A DNA stretch of 59,439 nt from Alphaproteobacteria bacterium (GTDB lineage: Bacteria > Pseudomonadota > Alphaproteobacteria > ATCC43930 > Allostellaceae): NCBI GenBank assembly GCA_050187535.1, contig JBFWXJ010000001.1, positions 1 through 59,439 of the forward strand, given 5' to 3'. Shown one piece after another: positions 18,451 through 29,402 of the stretch. The notes under the pieces are model-generated. The model made no database searches. It had not been told where the DNA came from and worked only from the letters and a program-made list of their open reading frames with translations. How positions within the stretch are numbered: position 1 is the stretch's first letter; each line of letters begins with the position of its first letter. The position numbers and the translations under genes were made by a program.

Positions 18451-19623
18451 ATGCGCATCGTGGAGATCCGCGAGAAGTCCGTCTCGATCGCCTCCGACAT
18501 CGCCAACGCCTATATCGACTTCTCGAAGATGACCGCCTCGGCGGTGGCCGTCGTCACCGACGTGGTGCGCGACGGCAAGCCGGTGGTCGGATTCGGCTTC
18601 AACTCCAACGGCCGCTATGGCCAGGGCGCCCTGATGCGCGACCGCTTCATCGGCCGCGTGATGGCCGCGCCGGCCGATTCCCTGATCGACGCGGCGCACG
18701 GCAACATCGATCCGTTCGCCGTGTGGAAGGCGCTGATGACCAACGAGAAGCCGGGCGGGCACGGCGACCGCTCGGTCGCGGTCGGCACGATCGACATGGC
18801 GGTGTGGGACGCGGTCGCCAAGATCGAGGGCAAGCCCCTGTGGCGGCTGCTGGCCGACCGCTACCGCGGCGGCGTCGCCGACGAGCGCGTCTGGGTCTAT
18901 GCGGCGGGCGGCTACTACTACCCGGGCAAGGGGACCGACGCCCTCAAGGACGAGATGCGCTCCTACCGCGACCGCGGCTACCGGGTGGTCAAGATGAAGA
19001 TCGGCGGCGCACCGCTGGACGAGGACATCCGCCGCATCGAGGCGGTGCTGGAGGTGGTGGGCGAGGGCGCCAATCTCGCCGTCGACGCCAACGGCCGCTT
19101 CGACCTCGAGACTGCGATCGCCTATGGCGAGGCGCTGCGCCCCTACGGCCTCCACTGGTACGAGGAGGCGGGCGACCCGCTCGACTACGCGCTGCAGGCG
19201 GAGCTGGCGCGGCACTATCCGGGGGCGCTGGCGACTGGCGAGAACCTCTTCTCGCACCAGGACGCGCGCAACCTGCTGCGCTACGGCGGCATGCGGCCGG
19301 GCCGGGACTGGCTGCAGTTCGACTGCGCGTTGTCCTACGGCCTCGTCGAGTATCTGCGCATTCTCGACGTGCTGGCGGCCGAGGGTTGGTCGTCGCGCCG
19401 CGTGGTGCCCCATGGCGGCCACCAGATGTCGCTCAACATCGCCGCCGGCCTGCATCTCGGCGGCAACGAGTCCTATCCCGACGTCTTCCAGCCCTTCGGC
19501 GGATTCGCCGACGGGATCGCGGTGGAGGACGGCTTCGTGCGCCTGCCGCAGGTGCCGGGCGTCGGCTTCGAGACCAAGGCCAACCTGTACGCGGTGATGC
19601 GGACGCTGGTGGAAGACATCTGA
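18451..19623 (+). CDS. tarD: D-tartrate dehydratase-like enzyme (mandelate racemase subgroup, enolase superfamily)
   Basis: NAYIDFSKMT...VVGFGFNSNGRYGQG, NEKPGGHG, KMKIGG, VDANG, WYEE, TGENL, PHGGH closely follow the Bradyrhizobium D-tartrate dehydratase sequence as recalled. Confidence 0.85.
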   Translation: MRIVEIREKSVSIASDIANAYIDFSKMTASAVAVVTDVVRDGKPVVGFGFNSNGRYGQGALMRDRFIGRVMAAPADSLIDAAHGNIDPFAVWKALMTNEKPGGHGDRSVAVGTIDMAVWDAVAKIEGKPLWRLLADRYRGGVADERVWVYAAGGYYYPGKGTDALKDEMRSYRDRGYRVVKMKIGGAPLDEDIRRIEAVLEVVGEGANLAVDANGRFDLETAIAYGEALRPYGLHWYEEAGDPLDYALQAELARHYPGALATGENLFSHQDARNLLRYGGMRPGRDWLQFDCALSYGLVEYLRILDVLAAEGWSSRRVVPHGGHQMSLNIAAGLHLGGNESYPDVFQPFGGFADGIAVEDGFVRLPQVPGVGFETKANLYAVMRTLVEDI

Positions 19624-19630
19624 GCCCCGC

Positions 19631-19691
19631 GGCACCCGCCGACGGGTGCCGGACATGTGCCGCAGTCATCCGACGTGCGGCACATGTCCGG
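19631..19691. terminator. Two adjoining GC-rich hairpins after tarD
   Basis: GGCACCCG/CGGGTGCC (19631-19650) and perfect 16-bp arms CCGGACATGTGCCGCA/TGCGGCACATGTCCGG (19649-19691); no U-tract. Confidence 0.5.
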
Positions 19692-19789
19692 ACGTCAGAT
19701 GTCGACGCCCGCCTTTCCGCGTGTTCGCGCCCATTGCGCCGGCTCTCGCACCGAACCGGTCTGCTTGCGACGGGACGCCGAGCCGGCGC

Positions 19790-20212
19790 TCATTCTCCAT
19801 TGCAGTTCCAGTGGTCCGCCGGGAAGAAAGCCCCTTGAACCTTCAGGGTGGCCACCCGCCGGTCGCCGTCCCATCGTAGGACGTTGCCGAGATATCCTGA
19901 GCAGACCTGTCGCCAGCTCGAGCCGGTGTAGGCGTGCACCTGGTAATGGAAGAGGGAGTAGATCGAATCCCTGAATTCCATTGCGATCGACTGGCCGCCG
20001 ATCGCTTCTCTTCCGGGCGTCCATTGACCGCTCACGCTGAATTTGGCGCTGACGGTGGCCCAGGCTTCGTTACGTAACGTGATGACGTAGTCGGCCTGCG
20101 GATCGGAGCCGGTTCCGGTAGGCCCGTGGCCGGCACCGCCATCGACCGCGTGGGCTGCGCGGCCACCGAGCGCCACCGCCATCACCACCAACATCGCAAG
20201 GACCATCCCCAT
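19790..20212 (-). CDS. Small exported hypothetical protein
   Basis: MGMVLAMLVVMAVALGGRAAHA signal peptide (AHA cleavage site), beta-rich mature part with two Cys; AT-richer codon use. Confidence 0.6.
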   Translation of the reverse strand: MGMVLAMLVVMAVALGGRAAHAVDGGAGHGPTGTGSDPQADYVITLRNEAWATVSAKFSVSGQWTPGREAIGGQSIAMEFRDSIYSLFHYQVHAYTGSSWRQVCSGYLGNVLRWDGDRRVATLKVQGAFFPADHWNCNGE

Positions 20213-20445
20213 CGCTTTCCCCTGCGCTCGAGCCACGAGTGCATGGTCCTGCGGCTGGCCGCCCCGCGGATGAGACGGTCGTGGCGCCACTTGGACGACG
20301 ACCGCGGCTACGGCCGCGCCTATGGCATTCCACCGCAATCGGCACGGCCACGAACCATACGGAAATGAACCTAGCACTGGCACAGGCATCACCAAAGGGA
20401 CGTCGCCGATGGCTTCGATCGATCCGCTGCAGGAACGAGCAGCGC

Positions 20446-22122
20446 TCAGCGCCGGCGGTACAGCTTCAGCTCCGTCCAGCGGCCGCGCGAGTAGTTGAAG
20501 CCGCGTATTGCAGGACCTTCGGCCAAGTCGAGGCCGGCGGCGCGGGCGGCATCGGTGAAGCGCGTCCGGTCGCGGTCGCCGATCAGCGCGACCGCGCCCG
20601 GCTCGGCGACCAGCCGCGCCGCCGCGCCCGCGGCGTCCGCGAAGTCGATCTGCGTCCCCGCCAGGAACACGAGGCTGGGTTCGGCATAGCCGACGACGAC
20701 CGCGCGGGCGGCCGGGACACCCTCTGCGGCCAGGAGCGCGGCTGCGCCGCGGCCGAGCCAGAATGCGTCGAGCCGCGGCAGGACGAGCGCGAAGAGGAGG
20801 CCGAAGACGACGACCGCGCCCGCTGTCGCCGCCGCCAGCGCGGCGGTGCCGTCGCGGCGCAATCCCACGAGGGCGGCACCCACCGCCGCCGACCCGGCGG
20901 CGAGGGCCAGCACGGCGGCGCCCATCGCACCGCCGACCAGCGCACCGCCGACCAGCGCACCGCCGGCCAGCGCGATCGCCGCCGCAAGGCCGAGAGCGCC
21001 CAGCGCCACGCCGGCCGCCGCCCAGATAGCGGTCCATGTCAGGCTCGCCCAGCGCCAACGGCCGGTTGCCCGGACACCCGTGACGGCAGCATGGGCGGCG
21101 AGCAGCGCCAGCATCGGATAGAGCGGCAGCACGTAGTGGGGCAGCTTGGTCGGCACGATCTCGAACATGAGCCAGCCCGGCACCACCCAGGCGAGCGCCA
21201 GGCGCAGCGCCGGCGTCGCGCGGCCACGCCATGCGGCGACGAGGCCATGCGGCACCAGCAGCGAGGCCGGCCACAGCGTCACCACGAGCAAGGCCAGGTA
21301 GTAGCCGGGCGGGGCGCCGTGCGACTCCTGGCCGCCGATCAGCTTCGGCATGAGGTCCGATCGGATGGCATCGCCGACGAAGCCGCCATCGGTCGCGATC
21401 GTGACCAGCACGAGCCACGGCGCCACGATCGCCGCCGCGAGCGGCAGGCCCCACAGGGGCCGCAGCGTGGCCAGCCAGGGCACCCGCCGGTCCCATGCCC
21501 ACAGCGCCAGGCCGGCGAGCAGCGCCACCATCGGCACGACCGGCCCCTTGACGAGCCCGGCGACCCCGATGCCGGCCCAGAAGAGGACGGCGTTGGCGAT
21601 GCCGGCGGAGGAACCGTCGCGGGATGCGAGATAGGCCCGCGCCAGCGCCAGCTGGACGGCGACCGCGGCGGCCAGCAGCGCGGCATCGGTCTTGGCGAGA
21701 TGGGCCTCGACCACGGTGATGAGGGCGGCCGCCGTCGCCGCGGCACCCAGCAGCGCCGTCCGCCGGTCGAACAGTGCCGCCCCCAGCGCGAAGGTCAGCA
21801 GCGTCGCCAGCGTCGCCGCGACCGCCGAGACCAGGCGATAGGGCCACATCGCCCGCGATTCGGGATCGGACAGCGCGGCGACGGCGGTCGCCTGCAGCCA
21901 GTGGATGCCGACGGGCTTCTTGTTGCGCGCCTCATCCTGGAAGCGGATGCGGACGAGATCGCCCGATTCGAGCATCTGCCGCGTCGCCTGGACGAACCGC
22001 GCCTCGTCGCGATCGAAGGGCGGCAGTGCGGCGATCCCCGGCAGGTAGAGCGCGAGGCAGAGCAGGACGAGGGCGGCCCACGGCCGCCAGCCCGCCGACA
22101 GGCGGTCCAATGTCGCGGTCAT
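20446..22122 (-). CDS. ArnT/PMT-family (GT-C) membrane glycosyltransferase
   Basis: DRDEARFVQATRQM, KKPVGIHW, EAHLAKTD, KGPV, TKLPHYVLPLYP. Confidence 0.92.
   Translation of the reverse strand: MTATLDRLSAGWRPWAALVLLCLALYLPGIAALPPFDRDEARFVQATRQMLESGDLVRIRFQDEARNKKPVGIHWLQATAVAALSDPESRAMWPYRLVSAVAATLATLLTFALGAALFDRRTALLGAAATAAALITVVEAHLAKTDAALLAAAVAVQLALARAYLASRDGSSAGIANAVLFWAGIGVAGLVKGPVVPMVALLAGLALWAWDRRVPWLATLRPLWGLPLAAAIVAPWLVLVTIATDGGFVGDAIRSDLMPKLIGGQESHGAPPGYYLALLVVTLWPASLLVPHGLVAAWRGRATPALRLALAWVVPGWLMFEIVPTKLPHYVLPLYPMLALLAAHAAVTGVRATGRWRWASLTWTAIWAAAGVALGALGLAAAIALAGGALVGGALVGGAMGAAVLALAAGSAAVGAALVGLRRDGTAALAAATAGAVVVFGLLFALVLPRLDAFWLGRGAAALLAAEGVPAARAVVVGYAEPSLVFLAGTQIDFADAAGAAARLVAEPGAVALIGDRDRTRFTDAARAAGLDLAEGPAIRGFNYSRGRWTELKLYRRR
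20926..20970. repeat. 3 x 15-bp in-frame tandem repeat
   Basis: CGCACCGCCGACCAG twice plus CGCACCGCCGGCCAG; encodes (L[AV]GGA)3 in the ArnT-like gene. Confidence 0.85.
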
Positions 22123-22172
22123 CGTGCCCGGCCCGCGTTGACCCGGCGCGCCGGCCCGTCGAATGTCGCGCC

Positions 22173-23174
22173 ATGCTGCTCGCCGAACCGGGATCGGTCG
22201 CCCCGCTCGTCATCCTCTTCCTGGCGCTGCTGCTGGATGCGGCGGTGGGCGACCCGCCGCTGCTGTGGCGGCTCGTTCCGCATCCGGTAGTGCTGGTGGG
22301 CCGGCTCGTCGCGCTTCTCGACCGCCGTCTCAACCGCCCGGACCGCAGCGCCGCCGCACGGCGTATCCGCGGCATCCTCGTGGTGCTCGCCGTCGCGGCG
22401 GTCGCGACGACGGTCGGCGCGATCGGCGCCTGGATCGCTTCCCGCATGCGCCTGGGTGCTGCGATCGAGGTGGTTGCGATGGCGATCCTGCTGGCGCAGC
22501 GCAGCCTCCACGACCATGTCGCCGGCGTCGCCGCGGCCCTCGACGAGGGCGGGGTGGAGGCGGGCCGCGCGGCGGTCGCGCATATCGTCGGCCGCAGCCC
22601 GGAGGCGCTCGACGGGCACGGCGTGTCGCGGGCGGCGATCGAGAGCCTGGCGGAGAACTTCTCCGATGGCGTCGTGGCGCCTGCCTTCTGGGCCTTGCTG
22701 TTCGGCCTGCCCGGCCTCTGCCTCTACAAGGCGGTCAACACCATGGACAGCATGATCGGCCACCGTACCGATCGCTACGCCGCGTTCGGCTGGGCGGCGG
22801 CCCGTCTCGACGACGTCATGAACCTGGTGCCCGCGCGGATCGCCGGCCTCATCGTGGTGGCCGCCGCCGCGGCGACGCGCCACGCCCGCGCCTGGCCCGC
22901 CTTCCGCGTCATGCTGCGCGACGCGCGCAAGCACCGCTCGCCCAACGCCGGCTGGCCGGAGGCGGCGATGGCGGGCGCCATCGACGTCGCGCTGTGCGGC
23001 CCGCGCCGCTATCCCGGACTCGTGGTCGAGTCGCCATGGATCGGCGACGGCACCGCGCGGTCCGGGCCGGCGGATATCGCGCGGGCGCTGATGGTCTACG
23101 TCCACGCTTGCGTCATCCATGCCGGCCTGATCGCCGCGGCGGCCGCGGCCCTGTTCGTGATCGGCCGAACCTAG
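22173..23174 (+). CDS. cbiB: Adenosylcobinamide-phosphate synthase CbiB/CobD
   Basis: GDP...HPV, IESLAENFSDGVVAP, YKAVNTMDSMIGH, SPNAGWPEAAMAGA. Confidence 0.96.
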   Translation: MLLAEPGSVAPLVILFLALLLDAAVGDPPLLWRLVPHPVVLVGRLVALLDRRLNRPDRSAAARRIRGILVVLAVAAVATTVGAIGAWIASRMRLGAAIEVVAMAILLAQRSLHDHVAGVAAALDEGGVEAGRAAVAHIVGRSPEALDGHGVSRAAIESLAENFSDGVVAPAFWALLFGLPGLCLYKAVNTMDSMIGHRTDRYAAFGWAAARLDDVMNLVPARIAGLIVVAAAAATRHARAWPAFRVMLRDARKHRSPNAGWPEAAMAGAIDVALCGPRRYPGLVVESPWIGDGTARSGPADIARALMVYVHACVIHAGLIAAAAAALFVIGRT

Positions 23175-23301
23175 CCGCGGGGCGGCGCCCGGTCGAGCGT
23201 GCGCCGACGTGGCTGCTGTCCAATTGCGAGAACACCGCACAGACCGATTTGCAGTACCTTGATTTCACGCCGCTTTTGCTGCGGCGTGGCAGGGGTCGGG
23301 C

Positions 23302-23721
23302 ATGGTCAAGCGTGGAAGGTGCCTGTGCGGCGCCGTAACCTACCAATACTCCGGGACCGAAAACTGGCGCGCGCACTGCCACTGCGAAAGTTGCCGCCGC
23401 AATACATCATCGCCATTTACGACCTGGTTCGGTGTTCCCCAAGAGGCCTTTGCCTTCACAGGGAAGCTACCCAAGACCTATGCTTCATCTCCCGGTGCAC
23501 GCCGCATGTTCTGCAGCGACTGCGGCACTCCGATCGCGTTCGAGCACGACAGGTTCGAGCACGAGATTCACCTGTATGCGGCGAGCCTCGAAGACCCCGC
23601 AGATTTTCGGCCGGATTTTCACGTGCATTGGAACGAGCGGCTGCATTGGCTGCATTGGCACGACGGGTTGCCCAAATACGCGACGACAGGGACTGGAGCA
23701 CAGCCGCTCACGGAACTCTGA
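23302..23721 (+). CDS. GFA (CENP-V-like) family protein
   Basis: GRCLCGAV, HCHCESCRR, RMFCSDCGTP zinc motifs. Confidence 0.92.
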   Translation: MVKRGRCLCGAVTYQYSGTENWRAHCHCESCRRNTSSPFTTWFGVPQEAFAFTGKLPKTYASSPGARRMFCSDCGTPIAFEHDRFEHEIHLYAASLEDPADFRPDFHVHWNERLHWLHWHDGLPKYATTGTGAQPLTEL

Positions 23722-23736
23722 TCGAACGATCCCGAC

Positions 23737-25203
23737 TCAACTTGCCTCGGTGGTCGGCCGGCTTGCGGCGGTCGCCAGCAGCCGGTCGAGGTCCGTCGCC
23801 TGCTCCAATGCGTCGGCGACGGCGTCGATCGCGGCCTCTACGGTCGCCTCGTAGTCGATCCCGGCGCGCGCGGGAGCGCCGAGGCGGGCGAGCAAGGCAC
23901 GGCGAAGGCCGTCGGCTGCGAAGAGACCATGGAGGTAGGTGCCCATGATGCGGCCATCGGGGGAGGCGGCACCCTCGGGTCGGCCGTCGAGGACGAGGAA
24001 CGGGCGCTCGCGGCCGGGCCCTTCGGTCGCGCCCATGTGCATCTCGTAGCCGCGGACTTCCGTGCCGCTCGCATGGTCGACGCCGGCGACCGCGACCAGG
24101 CGCTTCTCGCCGCCGATCGTGGTCGCGACATCGAGCAGGCCGAGGCCGGGGTCGTCGCCGGCCGGCCCCTCGATGCCGGCCGGATCGGCGACGCGCCGGC
24201 CCAGCATCTGGTAGCCGCCGCACAGGCCCAGCACGGCGCCGCCGCGGCGGACATGGGCGGCGAGATCGATGTCCCAGCCCGCCGCGCGGAAGGACGCGAG
24301 GTCGGCCCGTGTCGCCTTGCTGCCGGGGATGACGACGAGGTCGGCGTCGCCCGGCAGGGCCCACCCCGGCGCCACGAAGTCGACCGCGACGCCGGGCTCG
24401 GCGCGCAGCGGGTCGAGGTCGTCGAAATTGGCGATGCGCGGCAGCAGCGGCACCGCGACGCGGAACGTGCCCGGCTCGCGCGCCGCCGGCCGCTCGACGA
24501 CGACCGCATCCTCCGCCGGCAGCGCCCGGGCGGCCGCGATCCAGGGGATGACGCCGAGCGCGTCGAGCCCGCAGGCATCGCGGACGATCGGGAAGGCCGG
24601 CGCCAGCAGCGTCGGGTCGCCGCGGAACTTGTTCACGAGGTAGCCCACGACCAGCCGCCGCTCGTCGGCCGGCAGCAGCGCCATAGTGCCGACCACCGAG
24701 GCCAGCATGCCGCCCCGGTCGATGTCCGCTATCAGCAGCACGGGCACGCCTTCCACCGTGGCGAACCCCATGTTGGCGATGTCGCCGGCGCGCAGGTTGA
24801 CCTCGGCCGGGCTGCCGGCGCCTTCGACCAGCACCAGGTCGGCGTCGGCGGCGATCCGGCGGAAGCTTTCGCGGACCAGCGGCAGGAGTTGCGGCTTCAG
24901 GCGCTGGTACTCCGCGGCGTCGGTCGCGCAGCGGACGCGGCCATGGACCACCACCTGCGCCCGACGGTCGCCCTCGGGCTTCAGCAGCACGGGGTTCATG
25001 TCGACCGCGGGCGCGACCCGGCAGGCGCGCGCCTGCAGCCACTGGGCCCGGCCGATCTCGCCCCCGTCGGCGGCGACGGCGGCGTTGTTCGCCATGTTCT
25101 GCGGCTTGAAGGGAAGGACACGCAGGCCCCGCCGGACATAGGCGCGGCCGAGGCCGGCGAGGAGGACCGACTTGCCGACGTCCGACCCCGTGCCCTGCAG
25201 CAT
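23737..25203 (-). CDS. cobQ: Cobyric acid synthase (true start may be CTG at 25242)
   Basis: [47 protein letters not shown]. Confidence 0.96.
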   Translation of the reverse strand: MLQGTGSDVGKSVLLAGLGRAYVRRGLRVLPFKPQNMANNAAVAADGGEIGRAQWLQARACRVAPAVDMNPVLLKPEGDRRAQVVVHGRVRCATDAAEYQRLKPQLLPLVRESFRRIAADADLVLVEGAGSPAEVNLRAGDIANMGFATVEGVPVLLIADIDRGGMLASVVGTMALLPADERRLVVGYLVNKFRGDPTLLAPAFPIVRDACGLDALGVIPWIAAARALPAEDAVVVERPAAREPGTFRVAVPLLPRIANFDDLDPLRAEPGVAVDFVAPGWALPGDADLVVIPGSKATRADLASFRAAGWDIDLAAHVRRGGAVLGLCGGYQMLGRRVADPAGIEGPAGDDPGLGLLDVATTIGGEKRLVAVAGVDHASGTEVRGYEMHMGATEGPGRERPFLVLDGRPEGAASPDGRIMGTYLHGLFAADGLRRALLARLGAPARAGIDYEATVEAAIDAVADALEQATDLDRLLATAASRPTTEAS

Positions 25204-25238
25204 GAGGGCCGGGGTCGTGAGCCGGGAGGGTGCCGCCG

Positions 25239-25904
25239 TCAGTTGACCACGACGGCGCGACGCAACGCGTCGGCGCCGGGGTTGCCGACCTTGCGCTCGA
25301 TCACGATGTCGCGCACGGAGACGCGGCGGCCGTAGTAGCGCTCGTTCCACGAGCCACGCGGCTTGATCAGCGAGCCCTCGAAGCTGACGCCGCCGAACAG
25401 GCCCTGGGTGCGTGAGAACGAGAGGATGTCGGCACGCAGGTTGGCGGTGGTGCCCGCCTCGACGCCGGCGCCGATCGGCCCGATCGCCACCGAGGCGTCG
25501 GCGCCGATCTTGAACTCGTCCGCCATCACCGACTGCAGGCCGCGGTCGGTCATGATCATGAACAGCACCTCGGCGGTCTGCACGCCGATCTGCAGGCCGA
25601 TGGAGCCGGCACCCATCGTGACGAAGCTGGGGTTGCTCCACGAGCCGTCGCGGCCGCGCACCATCAGCACGCCCGAGCCGCCTTCGCCGCCGAGGATGAA
25701 GCCGCCCTTGACCAGCGAGGGGATGATGATGACGCCCTTGGCGCGGCGCATCTGCGCGCGCGCCTCGCGGAAGTCGGGGTGGGAGAGCATCGAGGAAGCG
25801 GTGATCCGGGCGCGGTCCACCACCTCCTGCTCCTCGGACTGGGCCTGGGCGGCCCCTGTCCACAGGACGAGGACGGCCAGCATCGACGCGAACCACTTCA
25901 CCAT
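25239..25904 (-). CDS. Exported SYLF/Ysc84 lipid-binding domain protein
   Basis: Signal peptide; [44 protein letters not shown]. Confidence 0.9.
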   Translation of the reverse strand: MVKWFASMLAVLVLWTGAAQAQSEEQEVVDRARITASSMLSHPDFREARAQMRRAKGVIIIPSLVKGGFILGGEGGSGVLMVRGRDGSWSNPSFVTMGAGSIGLQIGVQTAEVLFMIMTDRGLQSVMADEFKIGADASVAIGPIGAGVEAGTTANLRADILSFSRTQGLFGGVSFEGSLIKPRGSWNERYYGRRVSVRDIVIERKVGNPGADALRRAVVVN

Positions 25905-26030
25905 TGCCACTGCCTCCTGGCGTTTCTCGCCCGAGAACGGGGGGAGCGGACCTTCGTTCCCCCCATGCCCATTCTCCGCCGCGATCATGGCGCCTTTGCG
26001 GCGGCCACCCCCGGGACGTGGGCCGGAGGC

Positions 26031-27422
26031 TCAGGTCTCCAGCATCCGGCGCAGCAGCTCGATGTCCTCGGAGAGGTTGGGGTCGCTCGCCTTGAGCTCC
26101 TCGATCTTGCGCACCGCGTGCATCACCGTCGTGTGGTCGCGGCCGCCGAACTTCCGCCCGATCTCGGGCAGCGAGCGGGGAGTGAGCTGCTTGCAGAGGT
26201 ACATCGCCACCTGGCGCGGCCGGGCCACCGCGCGGGCCCGCCGGGCGGAATGCATGTCGGCCAGCCGGATGCTGAAATGCTCGGCCACCCGCTTCTGGAT
26301 CTCCTCGATGGTGATCCGGCGGTCGTTGGCGCGCAGCAGGTCGTGCAGCACCTCCTGCGCCGTCTCCAGCGAGGCTTGGCGGCCGACCAGCGAGGCGTGG
26401 GCGACGATGCGGTTGAGCGCACCTTCCAGCTCGCGGACGTTGGAGGTGATCTTGTGCGCCAGGAACTCGAGCAGCTTGGGCGGGGCGGCGAAGCCCATCT
26501 GCTCGGCCTTGGCCTGGAGGATGCCCAGGCGCAGCTCGTACGTCGTCGGATGGATGTCGGCGACCAGCCCCCAGCCGAGGCGGGAGCGCATGCGCTCCTC
26601 CAGCCCCTCCAGGTCAGACGGCGACTTGTCGGCCGAGATGACGATCTGGCGGTTCTGATCGACCAGCGCGTTGAAGGTGTAGAAGAACTCCTCCTGCGTC
26701 GAATCCTTGCCGCAGAGGAACTGGACGTCGTCGATCATCAGCAGGTCGACGGAGCGGAACTGCTCCTTGAACGCCATCGTGTCCTTGTAGCGGACCGCCC
26801 GGACGAACTGGAACATGAACTTCTCGGCCGACAGGTAGATGACGCGCTTGTCCGGCGCGCGGCGGCGGACATGCCAGGCGATCGCGTGCATGAGATGCGT
26901 CTTGCCGAGACCGACGCCGCCATAGAGGAAGAGCGGGTTGAAGGGCACCGTGTCGGCCTCGGCCACCCGGCGGGCGGCGGCGTGCGCCAGCTCGTTGGGC
27001 TTGCCGACGACGAAATGCTCGAAGGTGAAGCGCGGGTCGAGACGGCCGCCGAACTCGCCGCGGTCGGCCGGCGGCTCGTCCGGCACGGCGGCCAGCAGGT
27101 CGGACTCGACCTGGCTCTTCAGCGCCGGGGCCGAAGCGGCGGCGGGCGGACGGGCGAGCACCGCGTCGATCGCGATGTCGATGGTGCGCACCGAGGCGTT
27201 CTCGGCGGTCCACAACGCCCGCAGGCGATCGGCGTAGTTGGCGACCACCCAGTCGCGCATGAAACGGGTCGGCACCGCCAGGCGCAGGGTGCCGGCACGC
27301 AGGTCCTTGAAGGTTACGGGCCTGAGCCAGGTGCGGAACGCGGCCTCACCGAACTCGTCGCGCAGCCGTGCCCGTACGCGGGCCCATTGCGCCTGGACGG
27401 CGCCCTCGTCGCGTTCCGCCAC
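26031..27422 (-). CDS. dnaA: Chromosomal replication initiator DnaA
   Basis: [52 protein letters not shown]. Confidence 0.99.
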   Translation of the reverse strand: MAERDEGAVQAQWARVRARLRDEFGEAAFRTWLRPVTFKDLRAGTLRLAVPTRFMRDWVVANYADRLRALWTAENASVRTIDIAIDAVLARPPAAASAPALKSQVESDLLAAVPDEPPADRGEFGGRLDPRFTFEHFVVGKPNELAHAAARRVAEADTVPFNPLFLYGGVGLGKTHLMHAIAWHVRRRAPDKRVIYLSAEKFMFQFVRAVRYKDTMAFKEQFRSVDLLMIDDVQFLCGKDSTQEEFFYTFNALVDQNRQIVISADKSPSDLEGLEERMRSRLGWGLVADIHPTTYELRLGILQAKAEQMGFAAPPKLLEFLAHKITSNVRELEGALNRIVAHASLVGRQASLETAQEVLHDLLRANDRRITIEEIQKRVAEHFSIRLADMHSARRARAVARPRQVAMYLCKQLTPRSLPEIGRKFGGRDHTTVMHAVRKIEELKASDPNLSEDIELLRRMLET

Positions 27423-27425
27423 GGA

Positions 27426-27890
27426 CTACTCCTGGACCCAGGGGAGACCCGATGCCTTCCAGCCTGCGATGCGGCCGCGATGGCGCTCCCCGTCGGGGGG
27501 GCCTTCGAAGCCGTCGGATACGTTGTGGGCATGCAGATAGCCGGCCCTGGTGGCGGCGATCGCCGCCGATCGCGACCGCGCGCCGGAGCGGCAGATGAAG
27601 AGGACGGTCCGGTCCTTCGCCACGCCCGCCTTGGCCAGCTGCTCGGCGAAGTCGCCGGCGACCTCCATGGTCGGGAACACCTGCCACGACAGGAAGCTCG
27701 TCTTCTTGCCGATGGTGGAGAGATCGGGAACGCCGACGAACATCCATTCCGGGCGGGTGCGCACATCGACGAGCACGGCGCCCTGGTCCTCGGCGAGCAG
27801 TCGCCAGGCATCGCGCGAGGTCATGTCCCCCGCATATCCGGCGCCGCTTCCGCCTTCGCTCGCCGTCGCATGCACCGGACCGACCGACAT
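27426..27890 (-). CDS. Rhodanese-like domain protein
   Basis: LVDVRTRPEW, FICRSGARS, NVSDGFEG, GWKASGLPW. Confidence 0.92.
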   Translation of the reverse strand: MSVGPVHATASEGGSGAGYAGDMTSRDAWRLLAEDQGAVLVDVRTRPEWMFVGVPDLSTIGKKTSFLSWQVFPTMEVAGDFAEQLAKAGVAKDRTVLFICRSGARSRSAAIAATRAGYLHAHNVSDGFEGPPDGERHRGRIAGWKASGLPWVQE

Positions 27891-28226
27891 TGCGCCCCCC
27901 GCTCATGCCGGCCCGCGATCTGCGTCGGTGGCCGGCGAATCCCCCTGCCCCGAACCGGGAGAGAAGGCCGGCTCGGATCGTCCCATCGCCTCGCTTCCGC
28001 GACCGTCGCGAACCCCTCGACCGATGCCGGTCGCGACGTTCCGCGCGGTGGCGAGAACGAACTCTAGACCCCTCCCGATCGGACTCGCAACGGACTCCGG
28101 CGAGCCTTCGCGGACACCGGCGATTCCGCCTACGCGGCCTCGCCCGAGGGGTGAAACAGCGGACGCGCGGCACCGTTCCCGCGCGATCCCTCGGGGATCA
28201 CGCGGGGGCTGCCGCGCGGCGAAGAT

Positions 28227-28493
28227 TCAGTTGGCGAGCGCGCCGATGCGAGCGGACAGGCGCGACAGCTTGCGTGCCACCGTGTTGCGGTGGAGCACGC
28301 CCCGGGAGACTCCGCGATGGAGCTCCGGCTGCGCGGCCTGGTACGCCTGCTGAGCCGCCGCCTTGTCACCCGCCTCGATGGCGGTCTCGACCTTCTTGAC
28401 GAAGGTGCGGATGCGGCTCATGCGGGCGCCGTTGGTGGCGGTGCGGCGCTCGGTCTGCCGGGCGCGCTTCTCCGCCGACTTGTGCTGGGCCAT
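28227..28493 (-). CDS. rpsT: 30S ribosomal protein S20
   Basis: [13 protein letters not shown]...[10 protein letters not shown]...[15 protein letters not shown]. Confidence 0.98.
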   Translation of the reverse strand: MAQHKSAEKRARQTERRTATNGARMSRIRTFVKKVETAIEAGDKAAAQQAYQAAQPELHRGVSRGVLHRNTVARKLSRLSARIGALAN

Positions 28494-28534
28494 GTCGGTC
28501 CCTGCCTTGCCTGGACGTTCCGAAAGAGGCGCGG

Positions 28535-28563
28535 CTTATAAGGCCGCGCGCCCGCCCCGTCAA
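28535..28563 (-). promoter_or_regulatory. Sigma70-type promoter of rpsT
   Basis: TTGACG-17 nt-TATAAG, about 40 nt upstream of the rpsT start. Confidence 0.75.
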
Positions 28564-28593
28564 GGCGGACGGCGACCCCTTCGCCGATGCCCG

Positions 28594-29370
28594 TCAGCGA
28601 TGCTTGAACGCGGGCGGGCGCTTCTCGACGAAGGCCGCCATGCCTTCCTTCTGGTCCTCGGTCGCGAAGGTCGAATGGAAGAGGCGCCGCTCGAAGCGCA
28701 CGCCCTCGGCCAGCGTCGTCTCGAAGGCGCGATTGACCGCCTCCTTGGCCAGCATCACGGCCGGGCGTGACAGGCCGGCGATCTTCTCCGCCGCCTTGAC
28801 CGCCTCGGCCAGCAGGTCGGCCGCCGGCACGATGCGCGAGACGAGGCCCGAGCGCTCGGCCTCGGCCGCGTCCATCATGCGGCCGGTCAGCACCATCTCC
28901 ATCGCCTTGGCCTTGCCGACGGCGCGCGTCAGGCGCTGGGTGCCGCCGGCACCGGGGATGGTGCCGATGGTGATCTCGGGCTGGCCGAACTTCGCGGTGT
29001 CGGCGGCGATGATGAAGTCGCACATCATCGCGATCTCGCAGCCGCCGCCCAACGCGAAGCCCGCCACCGCCGCCACGATCGGCTTGCGGCAGGTGGTGAT
29101 GCGCTCCCAGCCGGACGTGATGAAGTCCGCGAGATACACGTCCATGTAGGTCTTGGACGCCATCTCCTTGATGTCGGCGCCGGCCGCGAACGCACGCTCG
29201 CTGCCGGTCAGCACGACCGCGCCGATCGCCGGGTCGGCCTCGAAGGCGTCGAGTGCCGCACCGAGATCGGCGACGAGCTGGGCGCTCAGCGCGTTCAGCG
29301 CCTTCGGTCGGTTGAGGGTGACGATGCCGACGCTGCCCCGCGTCTCGACGAGGACCGTCTCGTAGGCCAT
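28594..29370 (-). CDS. Enoyl-CoA hydratase
   Basis: [44 protein letters not shown]. Confidence 0.96.
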   Translation of the reverse strand: MAYETVLVETRGSVGIVTLNRPKALNALSAQLVADLGAALDAFEADPAIGAVVLTGSERAFAAGADIKEMASKTYMDVYLADFITSGWERITTCRKPIVAAVAGFALGGGCEIAMMCDFIIAADTAKFGQPEITIGTIPGAGGTQRLTRAVGKAKAMEMVLTGRMMDAAEAERSGLVSRIVPAADLLAEAVKAAEKIAGLSRPAVMLAKEAVNRAFETTLAEGVRFERRLFHSTFATEDQKEGMAAFVEKRPPAFKHR

Positions 29371-29402
29371 TTGGCGGATCTCCGTTGATGGGGGTCGGCC
29401 GC

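Noticed and set aside
27891-28226. oriC near dnaA
   Set aside because: No TTATCCACA-like boxes or AT-rich unwinding element seen. Alphaproteobacterial oriC is often unlinked to dnaA, and dnaN is not adjacent.
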